A stretch of 64,000 nt of DNA from Dehalococcoidia bacterium (GCA_964291495.2 OZ219871.1:192001-256000), one strand, 5' to 3'; shown: positions 29,676-39,735, counted from the stretch's first letter. Notes: generated by a model from the sequence alone, not told the origin. A program made the numbers and translations.

Positions 29676-30467
29676 GTGGCTGCTCAGCACCGGCCGCCTT
29701 CACAGCGGCTGCCCACCCCGGCGCAGCCAGCCCCGCCGCTGCCCGGCCTGCGGCTGGCGAGCGCGCTGTTGCTCGCGTGCGCGGCGCTGCTCGCCGCCTG
29801 TCGCCCGCAGGGCGACGAGGATCCGGAGCCGCAACCCGCCGCGGGCGCCTCGATGGAGGCGATCCGCACGGAAGACGGCCTCAGCCTCGACGCGCGGCTC
29901 TTCGAGGCGGACCCGGAGCGGGTGGTGATCCTGCTCCACATGTTCCCGGCCGATCAGACGGCGTGGTACCCCTTCGCGCGCCGGCTGCAGCAGCGCGGGA
30001 TTAGCGCGCTGACCCTGGACTTCCGCGGCTACGGCGCGTCCGAGGGCGAACAGGATCCCGGCCAGATCGACCGCGACGTGCGCGCCGCAATCGCCTTCGC
30101 GCGCGAGCGTGGCTTCGACGGAGTCGTGCTCGCCGGAGCCTCGATGGGCGGTACCGCGGCGATCGTCGTGGCGGCGGAGGAGTCCGTCGATGGCGTCGCG
30201 GTGCTCTCGGCGCCGTCGCGAATGCGCGGCCTCGACGCAAAGAGCACGATCGCCGGGGTGACCTGCCCCCTGACGCTGATCGCGGCGGAGGGCGACCTGG
30301 CCGCGATGAACGCGCTCGAAAGCTTCGAGGACCGCGCCGGGCTGGACGCCGGCGCGAGCCTCGTCGTTCCCGGCGTCGCGCACGGCACCGACCTGCTCGG
30401 CTCGCCGCACGGCGACGCCGTGCGCGCCCGGCTATTCGAATTCCTCGAGGAGGTGTGGGAGGGCTAG
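29676..30467 (+). CDS. Alpha/beta hydrolase lipoprotein
   Basis: LAAC lipobox, DFRGYG, GASMGG, AHGT; start uncertain. Confidence 0.8.
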   Translation: MAAQHRPPSQRLPTPAQPAPPLPGLRLASALLLACAALLAACRPQGDEDPEPQPAAGASMEAIRTEDGLSLDARLFEADPERVVILLHMFPADQTAWYPFARRLQQRGISALTLDFRGYGASEGEQDPGQIDRDVRAAIAFARERGFDGVVLAGASMGGTAAIVVAAEESVDGVAVLSAPSRMRGLDAKSTIAGVTCPLTLIAAEGDLAAMNALESFEDRAGLDAGASLVVPGVAHGTDLLGSPHGDAVRARLFEFLEEVWEG

Positions 30468-30479
30468 ACCCTCCCGCGC

Positions 30480-31307
30480 TCAGAAGTCCAGGCGGGGCTG
30501 CTCCGGCCCGTCCTCGGACTGCTCGTCGCGGAGCTCCGGCGGGAGCTCGGCGGCAGCGCCCGGCTGGTCGTCCAGGGGCGGCATCGCGAAGTCGTCGATC
30601 ACGGCCTGCTCGGCCTCGGGCGGCTCGCCATCGGCCGCCGCCTCGGCGTCTGGCTCCATCAGCGCGCCGAGGGCCGAGCGCGAGCGCTGCGGGCCCGGCT
30701 CGTGCATCCTGGTGTGGCCGTTGCCATTGCCGTTACCGCCGCCCGGCGCGACCGGCGACCCGGCGCGCGCCGGCGTGGCCGGAGGGCCGGGCGCGGCCGC
30801 GGGCGCCTCGAGTTGATCGAGGCCGGAGCGCACGGACTGCCGGAAGGCTTCGAGCTGCTGCTCGAGCCGGGCAAGCAGCTCCTGGGCGTAGCGATCCGCG
30901 GCGGCCATCTGCTGCTCACTGAAGCGGCGGGACTCGCTGATGCGGCCCGCGATCTCCGCGTTCACCTCGGCGAGGCGCTCCTCGGCGCGCAGTTCGGCCT
31001 CCTGCGCGATCTCCTCCGCGCGCACGTGCGCGGCGCGGACGATCTCGTGCTGCGTGGTGAGCTTGGTGACGTGCTCCTCCGCGCGCGCCACCAGCAGCTG
31101 CGCCTCCTCCTCGGCGTCGCGAAGCAGCGCCTCGCGCTCCTCGATCACCTTCTGCGCCTCGTGGACCTCGTTGGGGACGGACGTCCGGATCTGGTCCACG
31201 AGGTCGAGCAGCCGCTGGCGATCGACGATCGCGCGGCCGCCGATCGGCATCCGCTGGGCGTTGGCCACGAGTTCCTCGATCTGGTCGACGTGATGCAACA
31301 GATCCAT
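30480..31307 (-). CDS. Coiled-coil DivIVA-like conserved protein downstream of coaD
   Basis: Coiled-coil N-half (IEELV...MPI...VPNEVHEAQ); common rsmD-coaD-X synteny. Confidence 0.7.
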   Translation of the reverse strand: MDLLHHVDQIEELVANAQRMPIGGRAIVDRQRLLDLVDQIRTSVPNEVHEAQKVIEEREALLRDAEEEAQLLVARAEEHVTKLTTQHEIVRAAHVRAEEIAQEAELRAEERLAEVNAEIAGRISESRRFSEQQMAAADRYAQELLARLEQQLEAFRQSVRSGLDQLEAPAAAPGPPATPARAGSPVAPGGGNGNGNGHTRMHEPGPQRSRSALGALMEPDAEAAADGEPPEAEQAVIDDFAMPPLDDQPGAAAELPPELRDEQSEDGPEQPRLDF

Positions 31308-31382
31308 CGGTTCGCCTCCCCGTCAGTCGCTGTGGCCGCGGCTCCGGCAGCGCCGGACCGCGGCCACCACCCAATCACCCCG

Positions 31383-31859
31383 CTACTCTTCGCCAAACTT
31401 CTCCCGCAGCGCCGCCGCCACGCCGGGCGGCACCAGGTCGCTCACGTCGAGGCCGAAGCTCGCCAGCTCGCGCACTCGCGAGGCGCTCAGTACCAGGTAC
31501 TCGATCGAGGTCATCAGGAACGCCGAATCCACGTCCGGCGCCAGCTTGCGGTTCATGATCGCCATGTCGAACTCGTAGAGATAATCCTCGATCGAGCGCA
31601 GGCCCTTGACGAGGACCGTCGCGCCCTCGGCTCGGGCGCAGTCGACGGTGAGGCCGTAGTTCGCGATCACCCGCGCGTTCGGGATGTCCGCGACCGCATC
31701 GCTGAAGAGCACAACCCGATCGTCCGTGCTGAACAGGGCGGAGCGGCTGTGCGTGACGGCGACGACGAGCTCCTCGTAGAGACTCGCTGCGCGACGCACG
31801 ATGTCCACATGGCCGAGGGTGACGGGGTCGAAGGTGCCCGGATACATCGCCGTCGTCAC
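31383..31859 (-). CDS. coaD: Phosphopantetheine adenylyltransferase
   Basis: YPGTFDPVTLGHVDI and KGLRSIEDYLYE motifs. Confidence 0.96.
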   Translation of the reverse strand: MTTAMYPGTFDPVTLGHVDIVRRAASLYEELVVAVTHSRSALFSTDDRVVLFSDAVADIPNARVIANYGLTVDCARAEGATVLVKGLRSIEDYLYEFDMAIMNRKLAPDVDSAFLMTSIEYLVLSASRVRELASFGLDVSDLVPPGVAAALREKFGEE

Positions 31860-32440
31860 GGTCGCCGCCCTTCCGCTGCCGCCTTGCGCGGGGCGAGGCA
31901 GCGATACGCCGCAATCGCGCCGTCTCCCTGGCGCCGGCGGCGCCAGACCGCGCAGCCGCCGAGCATGGCCGGCGCCTGGCTGCGCGCCGCGTGTTCGACC
32001 GCGATCAGTGCACCGGGCGCGATTGCGCCCTCGATCGCCCGCTCGATCGCGCGCCACGCCTCACCGTCGCCGTAGGGCGGGTCGGCGAGGACGAGCGTGA
32101 AGCGTTCGTCCTCGTGCGGCCGCCAGCGGCCGACACGGCCGCTCACCACCTGGCCGCGATCGCTCATGCCGGCGCGCTCCAGATTCTCGCGCAACACGCG
32201 GCAGACGCGGCGGCTGGACTCGACGAAGACGCAGCGACCGGCCCCGCGCGAGAGCGCCTCGATGCCCAGCGCGCCGCTCCCGGCGTAGAGGTCGAGCACC
32301 GCGCTGAGGTCGGCGTCGGCCGCCTCGAGCATGCCGAACAGCGACTCGCGGAGGCGCGCGGAGGTCGGCCGCGTGGCGCTGCCGCTCGGCGTCTGCAACC
32401 GCACTCCGCGTGCGCTCCCGGCGATGACTCGCAGCGGCAT
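31856..32440 (-). CDS. rsmD: 16S rRNA m2G966 methyltransferase
   Basis: LRVIAG, TRPT, LDLYAGSGALGIEALSRGA and DPPY motifs. Confidence 0.95.
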   Translation of the reverse strand: MPLRVIAGSARGVRLQTPSGSATRPTSARLRESLFGMLEAADADLSAVLDLYAGSGALGIEALSRGAGRCVFVESSRRVCRVLRENLERAGMSDRGQVVSGRVGRWRPHEDERFTLVLADPPYGDGEAWRAIERAIEGAIAPGALIAVEHAARSQAPAMLGGCAVWRRRRQGDGAIAAYRCLAPRKAAAEGRRP

Positions 32441-32452
32441 CGGCGTTCCCTG

Positions 32453-34525
32453 CTAGATGTTCCCGGCCGGGCCCGGCGGTCCCTCAGGCGGTTGCGTCGG
32501 CTCCGGCGTCGGGGTGGGTTCCGGAGTGGGTTCCGGCGTGGGTTCGGGTGTCGGCTCCGGGGTTGGCTCGGGCGTCGGTTCCGGAGTGGGCTCCGGGGTC
32601 GGCTCGGGTGTGGGTTCCGGAGTGGGTTCCGGAGTGGGTTCGGGTGTCGCCTCGGGCGTCGGCTCCGGCGTCGCCTCGGGCGTGGCGCTCGAATCCTCGG
32701 CGCCGGACGAGGTGCTGGTGGCAGGCGTCTCGATCGCGGCCGCCGTGGGCGTGCTCGCTCCGCCGCCGCTGGGCCCGTCGGCCTCGTTGCTCGTGCCCGG
32801 CGGGACGACCGGGGCCTGCGAGGCGACATGCATCACCATCCGCCTGCCGATGAAGATGGTGCCGTCCGAGACAACGAGGGTGATGTCGAAGGCGCCCTCG
32901 CGCTCCGGCGCGTGCCAGACGATCACGCCCGGGCTCCCGCTCTCCTCGACGACGCCGTCCGATGCGCTCCACTCAGGGTCGAGGTACGGCCCGTACGGCA
33001 GCTCGAGGTCGACAGCGGAGCCCTCGGCGAAGCTGCTGACGAGCTCTCCGAGGTCGGGCAGTTCGTCGCTCGGCGCCGCGCCAGCCACGGCGATGCCGCC
33101 GAGGCCGAAGCGCTCCGCGAGATCGAGGCGGAAGGCGGCCGAGAACCGGTTCTCCAGCCAGACGCTGCGGGGACCGCTGCGGCCCGCGTAGACGAAGCTC
33201 ACGGCCCTCGCGCCGTCGTCCCAGAAGAGGCCGCTGTTGCCGGCCTCGCGGTCGATGTTGATGGCCGCGACGGCGACGGTGTCCCCGGGCCCGATCGCGT
33301 CGGCGGCTGCATCGCCGAGCGCGCTCGCCAGCGCCAGCCCGTCCTGCAGCGTGAGCGGGCGGAGGCCGTCCGCTGAGCGCTCCCAGGAGCGCCGGTCGAT
33401 GATCAGCGAGACGCTCGAGAGGTCGAGCCCGTCGTCCTGCTGCCAGGCGAGCGCCTCCTCCAGCACCTCGTAGTAGATCGAGGCGTCGCGCGGAGCGCGT
33501 ACCCAAAGGCCGTCGCTGCTCGCCGCGAGCGCGGACCAGTCGTATGCGCCGAAGTTCGAGCCATCCCCCGCGGGGACCGCGACCACGAGGCCCAGGCCGC
33601 GCACCCGCGCGCCCTCGGCGAGCGCGGCGATGAAGTCGCTGAACGGCGCCCGCAGGGCGGGATCGAGCTCGCCGTAGTCGATCAGCAGCCCGCTCGCGCC
33701 CTGGTCCTGCGCCGCGATCAGCAGCTCGTCGACGTGCGCGGTGGCGAGCTCGGGCAGCGCCAGCAGCCGGTCCACCGTCTCCGCGACGACGCTGCTCCCC
33801 ACCGTCACGCCGAGGTAGACGCGCGCCTCGCCGGCTTCGGCGAGCGCCGCGTCGAGCGCACCGCCCTGGACGTCTAGCGCCGGCTCCCCGGCCGCGTCCT
33901 CGCCCGGCTCGGCGGCGATCACGGCGACGATCGCCGGTGCGGGCAACGCGCCCAGGTCGGGGGCCTCGCCGGCCTCCACGATCAGCGCGATCGTGCGCTC
34001 GATCGTGGTCTCGGCGAGGACAGCGATGTTCCTCGGCACGACCTGGACCTCGCCCTGCGCCGCGGCGCCGTCTTCGACCACGCTGACGGCCGCGAGATAG
34101 CGCCATTCGCCGCCGACGTAAGTGTAGAAGCCGAGTTGCTCGCCCGCGCGAACCGGCTCGCTCAGCAGCACCGTCAGCTCGGCCGGACCGGCGATCGCGC
34201 CGTCGCCCGCGAGGTCATAGAGCTTGCTGCGCGCGCTCAAACCGCCCGGCAGGTCGGGCAGCTCGCCGCGCGCGGCGGCGCCGACGTCGGCGGGCTCGTC
34301 CCCGCCGCGATCGATGATCGAGAAGGGCGACCAGACGAGGACGGCGATCAGTGCGGCGAGGACGGCAACGACACCGATGATGCGCAGGAGTCCGCCGCGG
34401 CCGCCGCCCTCGTCGTCATCGCCGTAGTCCTCGTCGAACTCCTCGAAGGGCGAATCGAAGTCGCCCTCGTCGAGGGGCGCGAACGATTCGGGGTCATGCC
34501 GGATTGGGGGGTCAGACTTGTCCAT
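32453..34525 (-). CDS. Membrane-anchored extracellular protein with degenerate GH18-like barrel, PKD-like domain and (EPTP)n tail
   Basis: N-terminal TM; GLLIDYGE, GAYDWSAL, VWLENRFS and FGLGGIAV resemble GH18 segments. Confidence 0.6.
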   Translation of the reverse strand: MDKSDPPIRHDPESFAPLDEGDFDSPFEEFDEDYGDDDEGGGRGGLLRIIGVVAVLAALIAVLVWSPFSIIDRGGDEPADVGAAARGELPDLPGGLSARSKLYDLAGDGAIAGPAELTVLLSEPVRAGEQLGFYTYVGGEWRYLAAVSVVEDGAAAQGEVQVVPRNIAVLAETTIERTIALIVEAGEAPDLGALPAPAIVAVIAAEPGEDAAGEPALDVQGGALDAALAEAGEARVYLGVTVGSSVVAETVDRLLALPELATAHVDELLIAAQDQGASGLLIDYGELDPALRAPFSDFIAALAEGARVRGLGLVVAVPAGDGSNFGAYDWSALAASSDGLWVRAPRDASIYYEVLEEALAWQQDDGLDLSSVSLIIDRRSWERSADGLRPLTLQDGLALASALGDAAADAIGPGDTVAVAAINIDREAGNSGLFWDDGARAVSFVYAGRSGPRSVWLENRFSAAFRLDLAERFGLGGIAVAGAAPSDELPDLGELVSSFAEGSAVDLELPYGPYLDPEWSASDGVVEESGSPGVIVWHAPEREGAFDITLVVSDGTIFIGRRMVMHVASQAPVVPPGTSNEADGPSGGGASTPTAAAIETPATSTSSGAEDSSATPEATPEPTPEATPEPTPEPTPEPTPEPTPEPTPEPTPEPTPEPTPEPTPEPTPEPTPTPEPTQPPEGPPGPAGNI
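32495..32686 (-). repeat. Imperfect 12-bp coding tandem repeat encoding (EPTP/EATP)n
   Basis: Repeated GTGGGTTCCGGA / GTCGGCTCCGGG units on the + strand. Confidence 0.9.
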
Positions 34526-34528
34526 GGA

Positions 34529-35668
34529 TCACTCCAGCCTGGGCAGCACGGCGATCGAACGCTGCTGGCCGCCGCGCACCACGGTGAGATCGGCTACCTC
34601 ACCGGGCTGCAACGGCTTCAGCAGATTCACAAAGGGGTTGTCGAGGTCGATCGCCACGCCGTTGACGGCGGTCACGATGTCCCCGACACGCACACCCGCC
34701 TGCTCGGCAGCGCTCCTCGCCTCGACCTCGATCACCAGCGCGCCGAGTGAGAGCGGGACGCCCTGTGAAGCCGAGAACTCGGGCGTGAGCTCGATGTGGT
34801 GGCGGAACGGCCGCTCGATGCCGAGGCGCGGCCGCACGTGCGAACCGAACAGCACGATGTCGTTGACGATCGGGCGCAGGCTGTTCGAGGACTGCGCGAA
34901 GGAGATGCCCTGGATCGGGCTCCCGGTGCCGGTGCCGCGCACCACTGTCGTGAGCAGCCCGATCACCTCGCCGTCGGCGTTGATCAGCGCCCCGCCGGAA
35001 TCGCCCGAGTTCACGGCGGCGTCGGTCTGCACGAGGTCCTCGAGGATCACGGCGTTGCGCGGCCACTGACGCCCTGTCGCGGAGACGACGCCGACGCTGA
35101 CCGAGTTCCCGATCGCGAACCCGGCGGCGGAGAGCGCCGCCACGGGCTCGCCCGGCACCAGTTGCGAGGAGTCGCCCCAGGCCGCGCTGCGCAGGCCCTC
35201 GGGCGGGACCTGGAGCACGGCGAGGTCGCTATAGGGCGAGTCGTGCGAGCGAACCACGGCGGGTCGCTGCTCGCCGGTGGTCAGGAGCACGTTGATCTCG
35301 GCGGCGCCGTCGATCACGTGGAAGTTGGTGACGATGTGGCCGCGATCGTCGATGACGATGCCGGAGCCGACGTTGCGCGTCTGTACGACGTCGCCCGCTT
35401 CGTTGCGGCGCGGAACCTCGTCCGCAATCACCGTGACGATGGTGGGCAGGACGCGTTCGATCGCTTGCTGGAGCCGCTCGGCGCTGCCGATCGCTACAGC
35501 GGTCGCCTCGGGGGTCGCGGCGGTGGCGACGGGGGTGGGCGTGACCACCTCCTCGGTCGCCTCGCGCCCGCCGGGCGCGACGACGACGACGAGGCCGCCC
35601 GCGAGGCCGCCGGCCAGTCCTGCCGCGAGGGCGAGGAAGAGTAGCGAGAGTGATCGGTGTTGTTCCAC
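34529..35668 (-). CDS. HtrA/DegP-family serine protease with PDZ domain
   Basis: TNFHV, SDLAV, QTDAAVNSGDSGG; C-terminal PDZ. Confidence 0.93.
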   Translation of the reverse strand: MEQHRSLSLLFLALAAGLAGGLAGGLVVVVAPGGREATEEVVTPTPVATAATPEATAVAIGSAERLQQAIERVLPTIVTVIADEVPRRNEAGDVVQTRNVGSGIVIDDRGHIVTNFHVIDGAAEINVLLTTGEQRPAVVRSHDSPYSDLAVLQVPPEGLRSAAWGDSSQLVPGEPVAALSAAGFAIGNSVSVGVVSATGRQWPRNAVILEDLVQTDAAVNSGDSGGALINADGEVIGLLTTVVRGTGTGSPIQGISFAQSSNSLRPIVNDIVLFGSHVRPRLGIERPFRHHIELTPEFSASQGVPLSLGALVIEVEARSAAEQAGVRVGDIVTAVNGVAIDLDNPFVNLLKPLQPGEVADLTVVRGGQQRSIAVLPRLE

Positions 35669-35798
35669 GTGCGCCGGCGTGATCGTCTTGACCCCTGCCG
35701 AGGCCTGACCTCGGCGCCCCGCACCGGATTATGGTACCACCGACATGCTGGATTGTGTAAGCCCATGATCGATAGGCGGGGCGAGGCGTAGCGCGCCC

Positions 35799-36473
35799 CT
35801 ACGCCCCCGCCGGCGGCAGTCGCGCTCCGAGTGCGGCGAGATCCAACTCGCGCAGCGAGGCGACCACGAGGTGGGCGGCGGGTTGCGGCGGCGCGGCCGT
35901 CGAGGCCTGCCGCGACTGCACGACGAACATGCCGGCGGACGCTGCCGACCGCACGCCGGCGGGTGAGTCCTCGATCGCCACGCAGGCGGCGGGCGCGACG
36001 CCGAGGCGCTCCGCGGCGAGCAGGAAGATGTCGGGCTCGGGCTTGGCGCGCTCGATGTCGTCACCGCTGACGGCGATGTCGAAGGCGTCCGCCAGGCCGC
36101 AGCCCTCGAGGGTGGCGTGCACCCACTCGGCGATCGATTGCGAGGCGAGGCCGACGGCCCAGCCCGCCGCGCGCGCGGCGGCAATCAACTCGCTCGCGCC
36201 GTCGAGCGGCTCGATGTCGCCACTCCGCAGCTCGGCGGTGACGAGCGCGGCGTAGCGCCCTATCAGTTCCTCGACCGAGTCTTCGAGGCCGTAGTGCGCG
36301 CGCACCCACTCCATGAACGGCGCGATCGCAAGGCCGGTGAAACGCGCGTAGTCGTCCTCGCTGAGCGGCCGAGGGGCAACCAACCGTCGCGCGGCGCGGT
36401 GGTGGACGGGCTCGGAGTCGACGAGGACGCCGTCGAGGTCGAAGACGAGCGCGCGCGCCGCGGTCGCGCTCAC
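35799..36473 (-). CDS. HAD-family phosphatase
   Basis: FDLDGVLVDSE, KPEPDIF and IEDSPAG motifs. Confidence 0.9.
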   Translation of the reverse strand: MSATAARALVFDLDGVLVDSEPVHHRAARRLVAPRPLSEDDYARFTGLAIAPFMEWVRAHYGLEDSVEELIGRYAALVTAELRSGDIEPLDGASELIAAARAAGWAVGLASQSIAEWVHATLEGCGLADAFDIAVSGDDIERAKPEPDIFLLAAERLGVAPAACVAIEDSPAGVRSAASAGMFVVQSRQASTAAPPQPAAHLVVASLRELDLAALGARLPPAGA

Positions 36474-36952
36474 GCCGATCCGGCGCCGTCGCCGGGCTGC
36501 GAGGCGGGCCCCGCGCCCTCGAGCAGCTGCTTGAGCCGCCACACGGCGTCGCGCAGCGCCTGGCGGCGGTGCTGGCGCTGCACGAGCAGGTCGAGCAGCC
36601 AGCCGGCGAACCCGCCCGCCGGCGTGTAGATCGCCTCGACGAGGAGGTGGACGTCGTCCGCACCCTCGGCGGTGAGCACCCAGCTCAGCGTGTCGAAGGC
36701 GCTGCGGTCGCCATCGGCGGCGCGGAAGAGCAGCAGGCGATGCGGTTCGCGCTCGGCGGCCTCGAGCCGGACGCGCTCCGACCGCAGCGGCAGCGTGAGC
36801 ACGCCCTCGAGGCGGGCGGGAGGGCCGGACGGCGCCTCGACGTCGCGGAAGCTGCGGGGCAGCCACTCTCCGTAGAGCTCGGTCGCCTCGAGGCGTTCGA
36901 ACGTCTCGCTGGCGCTGGCGTGGATGTGCACGTCCTCGCGGATGCGTCCCAC
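36470..36952 (-). CDS. SRPBCC/START-like protein
   Basis: IREDVHIHAS...TFE and C-terminal LKQLLE pattern. Confidence 0.7.
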   Translation of the reverse strand: MGRIREDVHIHASASETFERLEATELYGEWLPRSFRDVEAPSGPPARLEGVLTLPLRSERVRLEAAEREPHRLLLFRAADGDRSAFDTLSWVLTAEGADDVHLLVEAIYTPAGGFAGWLLDLLVQRQHRRQALRDAVWRLKQLLEGAGPASQPGDGAGSA

Positions 36953-36958
36953 GCGCCG

Positions 36959-38437
36959 CTAGCCGCCCGACTCGCGCATCGCCGGGAAGAGCACGACCTC
37001 GCGGATCGAGTGCTCGCCCGTCACGAGCATGACCAGCCGCTCGATGCCGACGCCGAGGCCGCCCGCAGGCGGCATGCCCTGCTCCAGCGCGCGCACGAAG
37101 TCCTCGTCGGCGACTTCCGCCTCCTCGTCGCCGCCGGCGGCCTTCCGCGCCTGCTCGCGCAACAGCTCGCGCTGCTCCACGGGGTCGTTCTGCTCGGAGT
37201 AGGCGTTGGCGCGCTCGATGCCGAGTGCGAACAGCTCGAAGCGCTCGGCCACGGTGGGGTCGTCGCGCTTGCGCTTGGCCAGCGGCGAGAGCTCCGCCGG
37301 GTAGTCGAAGACAAAGGTCGGGCGCACCAGGCGGGACTCGACGAACGCCGCCATCAGCGCGTCCAGCGCCGTCCCCCACGAGGCGTCCGGATCCACCTCG
37401 ACCCCGCGGTCGAGGGCGAGCGTGCGAACCTGCTTGGCCTCCGGGTGCGCGCGGTAGTCGATGCCGGTGTGCTCGAGCAGCGCCTCGCGGTAGGTGGTGC
37501 GAGCCCACGGCTCGCCGAGGTCGATCGTCTCCTCGCCGTGCCGCACCTCGAGCCCGCCGGTGACCTCGCTCACCACCGAGCGGAACAGCGCCTCGACCAT
37601 GTTCGCGACGTCCTCGTAGTCGGCGTAGGCCTCGTAGGACTCGAGCAGCGTGAACTCGGGGTTGTGGCGGTGCGAGATGCCCTCGTTGCGGAAGACGCGG
37701 CCGATCTCGAAGACCTTGTCGAAGCCGCCGATCACCAGCCGCTTGAGGTGCAGCTCGAGCGAGATGCGCAGCGCGAGGTCGCGGTCGAGGGCGCCGTGAT
37801 GCGTGTAGAACGGCCGCGCCGCCGCGCCGCCCGCCTCCTCCTGCAGGACCGGCGTCTCCACCTCCATGAAGCCGCGCCGCTGGAAGAAGCGGCGCACCGC
37901 CGCGAGCACCTCCGAGCGCGCGCGCGCGATCTCGCGTGATCGCTCGTTCGCCATCAGGTCGAGGTGACGCTGGCGGTAGCGCGTCTCCACGTCTACGAGG
38001 CCGGCCCACTTCTCGGGCGGCGGCCGCAGCGCCTTGGTCAGCACGCGCCAGCGCGTGACGGCAACCGTGACCTCGCCGTGGCGCGTGCGGAAGAGCCGTC
38101 CGCTTGCCTCGACAAAGTCGCCGAGGTCGACCAGCGCCAGGAGCCCGAACTCGTCGCCGAGCACGTTGCGCCGCAGGTGCAGCTGGATGCCGCCCGAGCC
38201 GTCGCGCACGTCGACGAAGGCGGCGCGGCCCATGTCGCGGATCGCCGTGATGCGCCCGGCGACGGTGACCGCGCGGCGGGACTCCTCGAGGCCCTCCCGC
38301 TCACTACGCGCGAAGAGCGCGACGGCCTTCGCGGCCTCGTGGGTACGGGAGGTGCGGGCGGGGTAGGCGTCGCCGAGCGCGATCAGTTGCTCGCGCTTCT
38401 GCCGGCGCAGCTCGATCAGTTCCTGTTCGGACGGCAT
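36959..38437 (-). CDS. lysS: Lysine--tRNA ligase (class II)
   Basis: GGAAARPF, FRNEG...HNPEFT and GMPPAGGLGVGIERL motifs. Confidence 0.98.
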   Translation of the reverse strand: MPSEQELIELRRQKREQLIALGDAYPARTSRTHEAAKAVALFARSEREGLEESRRAVTVAGRITAIRDMGRAAFVDVRDGSGGIQLHLRRNVLGDEFGLLALVDLGDFVEASGRLFRTRHGEVTVAVTRWRVLTKALRPPPEKWAGLVDVETRYRQRHLDLMANERSREIARARSEVLAAVRRFFQRRGFMEVETPVLQEEAGGAAARPFYTHHGALDRDLALRISLELHLKRLVIGGFDKVFEIGRVFRNEGISHRHNPEFTLLESYEAYADYEDVANMVEALFRSVVSEVTGGLEVRHGEETIDLGEPWARTTYREALLEHTGIDYRAHPEAKQVRTLALDRGVEVDPDASWGTALDALMAAFVESRLVRPTFVFDYPAELSPLAKRKRDDPTVAERFELFALGIERANAYSEQNDPVEQRELLREQARKAAGGDEEAEVADEDFVRALEQGMPPAGGLGVGIERLVMLVTGEHSIREVVLFPAMRESGG

Positions 38438-38502
38438 CGGTCACCTGCCCGGGCAGCGGCGGCGGCAGCACGCCTGCCGTCGCGACAACGCCCGCGCGCC
38501 GG

Positions 38503-38976
38503 TCAGGACACCTCGACGATGGTCATCATCGTGTTCCCGCCGGGGGCGCTGACCTTCACTCTGTCATTCTGCTTCCTGCCGAGCAACGCCTGCCCGACGG
38601 GCGACTCGTGACTGATGCGGCCCGCGCCCGGGTTCGCCTCGGCGGGCCCGACGAGCTGGAAGGTCTGCTGCACGCCGCCCTTGAGCTCCACCGTGACGTT
38701 CGAGCCGATGCGCACATCCATCGAGTGATGCGCGGCGTCCTCGTCGATCACCTCGGCGCCTTCGAGCAGCAGCTCGATCTCGCGGATCCGGCCTTCGAGG
38801 AACGCCTGCTGGTTCTTGGCGTCCTCGTACTGCCCGTCGATCTGGGCGATGCCCAGCTCCTGGGCCTCGTGAATCGCCTCGGCGACCTCGACGCGGCGGC
38901 TGGTGCGGAGCTCGTGCAACTCGTCCTCGAGCCGCTTGAGGCCTTCCTGCGTGAGCAGTACCCGATCCTCGCTCAT
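38503..38976 (-). CDS. greA: GreA-family factor with non-canonical coiled-coil tip
   Basis: LTQEGLKRLEDEL and ISHESPVGQALLG; upstream of lysS; RBS GGAGGT. Confidence 0.85.
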   Translation of the reverse strand: MSEDRVLLTQEGLKRLEDELHELRTSRRVEVAEAIHEAQELGIAQIDGQYEDAKNQQAFLEGRIREIELLLEGAEVIDEDAAHHSMDVRIGSNVTVELKGGVQQTFQLVGPAEANPGAGRISHESPVGQALLGRKQNDRVKVSAPGGNTMMTIVEVS

Positions 38977-39215
38977 TTCCCACCTCCGAGGATGCGAATC
39001 CGCCGGCCGTCGGGCCGGTGGTCGCGGACACCCCTGAGAGACACGAATGCGGACTCGCCATCGGCAAGCCCGCAACCCAGACGACACCTCGTATCTATCG
39101 TTACGTCTATTTTATCCGGCAGCCCTGCGCGTGACAATGTTCGGGGCGGGCGGGACGCCGGGCCCGGCTGCCCGCTTCGTTGCCCTCGGCACGGGGGGCG
39201 CGTAGGCTCGCACTC

Positions 39216-39731
39216 GTGGAGCGCCACTTCACGGTTTCCGGCTTCCTCTCGCACGACGGGCGAACCGCGCTCCACTGGCACCGCCTCGGGCTGTGGCTGC
39301 CGCCCGGCGGGCACATCCAGCCCAACGAAGACCCGATCCAGGCGGTGTTGCGCGAGATCGAGGAGGAAACCGGCGTCGAGGCGCTCATCGTCCCCACCAG
39401 CACCCCCTACCCGCACGAGGACCCACGGCAGTTGCCGCCTCCGGTGACGATCGGCGTCTACGAGATCGACGAGCCCGGCAACCCCCACCAGCACATCGAC
39501 TTCGTCTACTTCGCGCGCCCGCGCTCGGCCCACGCCTCGGGCGCCCCGGCCCTGCCGGGCAGCCCCGACTCAGGCGAGGGCTGGCGCTGGGTGAGCCGCG
39601 AGGAGCTGCGCGAGCCGGGCGTGGTGCTCGCCGGCCCAGGCGGGTCGGCGGAAGTGCCCGAGGACGTGCGCCGCCTCGCCCTCGACGCGATCGATGCCGC
39701 CGACGCCGCGCGCACGGACCGGCAGGGCTGA
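39216..39731 (+). CDS. NUDIX hydrolase
   Basis: GGHIQPNEDPIQAVLREIEEETG Nudix box; HQHID. Confidence 0.9.
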   Translation: MERHFTVSGFLSHDGRTALHWHRLGLWLPPGGHIQPNEDPIQAVLREIEEETGVEALIVPTSTPYPHEDPRQLPPPVTIGVYEIDEPGNPHQHIDFVYFARPRSAHASGAPALPGSPDSGEGWRWVSREELREPGVVLAGPGGSAEVPEDVRRLALDAIDAADAARTDRQG

Positions 39732-39735
39732 ACGC

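Noticed and set aside
32495-32686. Possible CRISPR or contingency repeat
   Set aside because: In-frame 12-bp degenerate units encoding an EPTP linker; no spacers or cas genes
35799-38009. 736-aa ORF suggesting a fusion ending in a HAD domain; likewise 45292..47331, 60411..62840, 28722..30467 and 10243..11745
   Set aside because: The N-terminal extensions are off-frame overlaps of upstream genes; real starts are internal, with RBS or stop-start coupling
38977-39215. T-box or riboswitch upstream of greA-lysS or NUDIX-serS
   Set aside because: No recognisable T-box or other riboswitch consensus; only an AT-richer promoter-like patch
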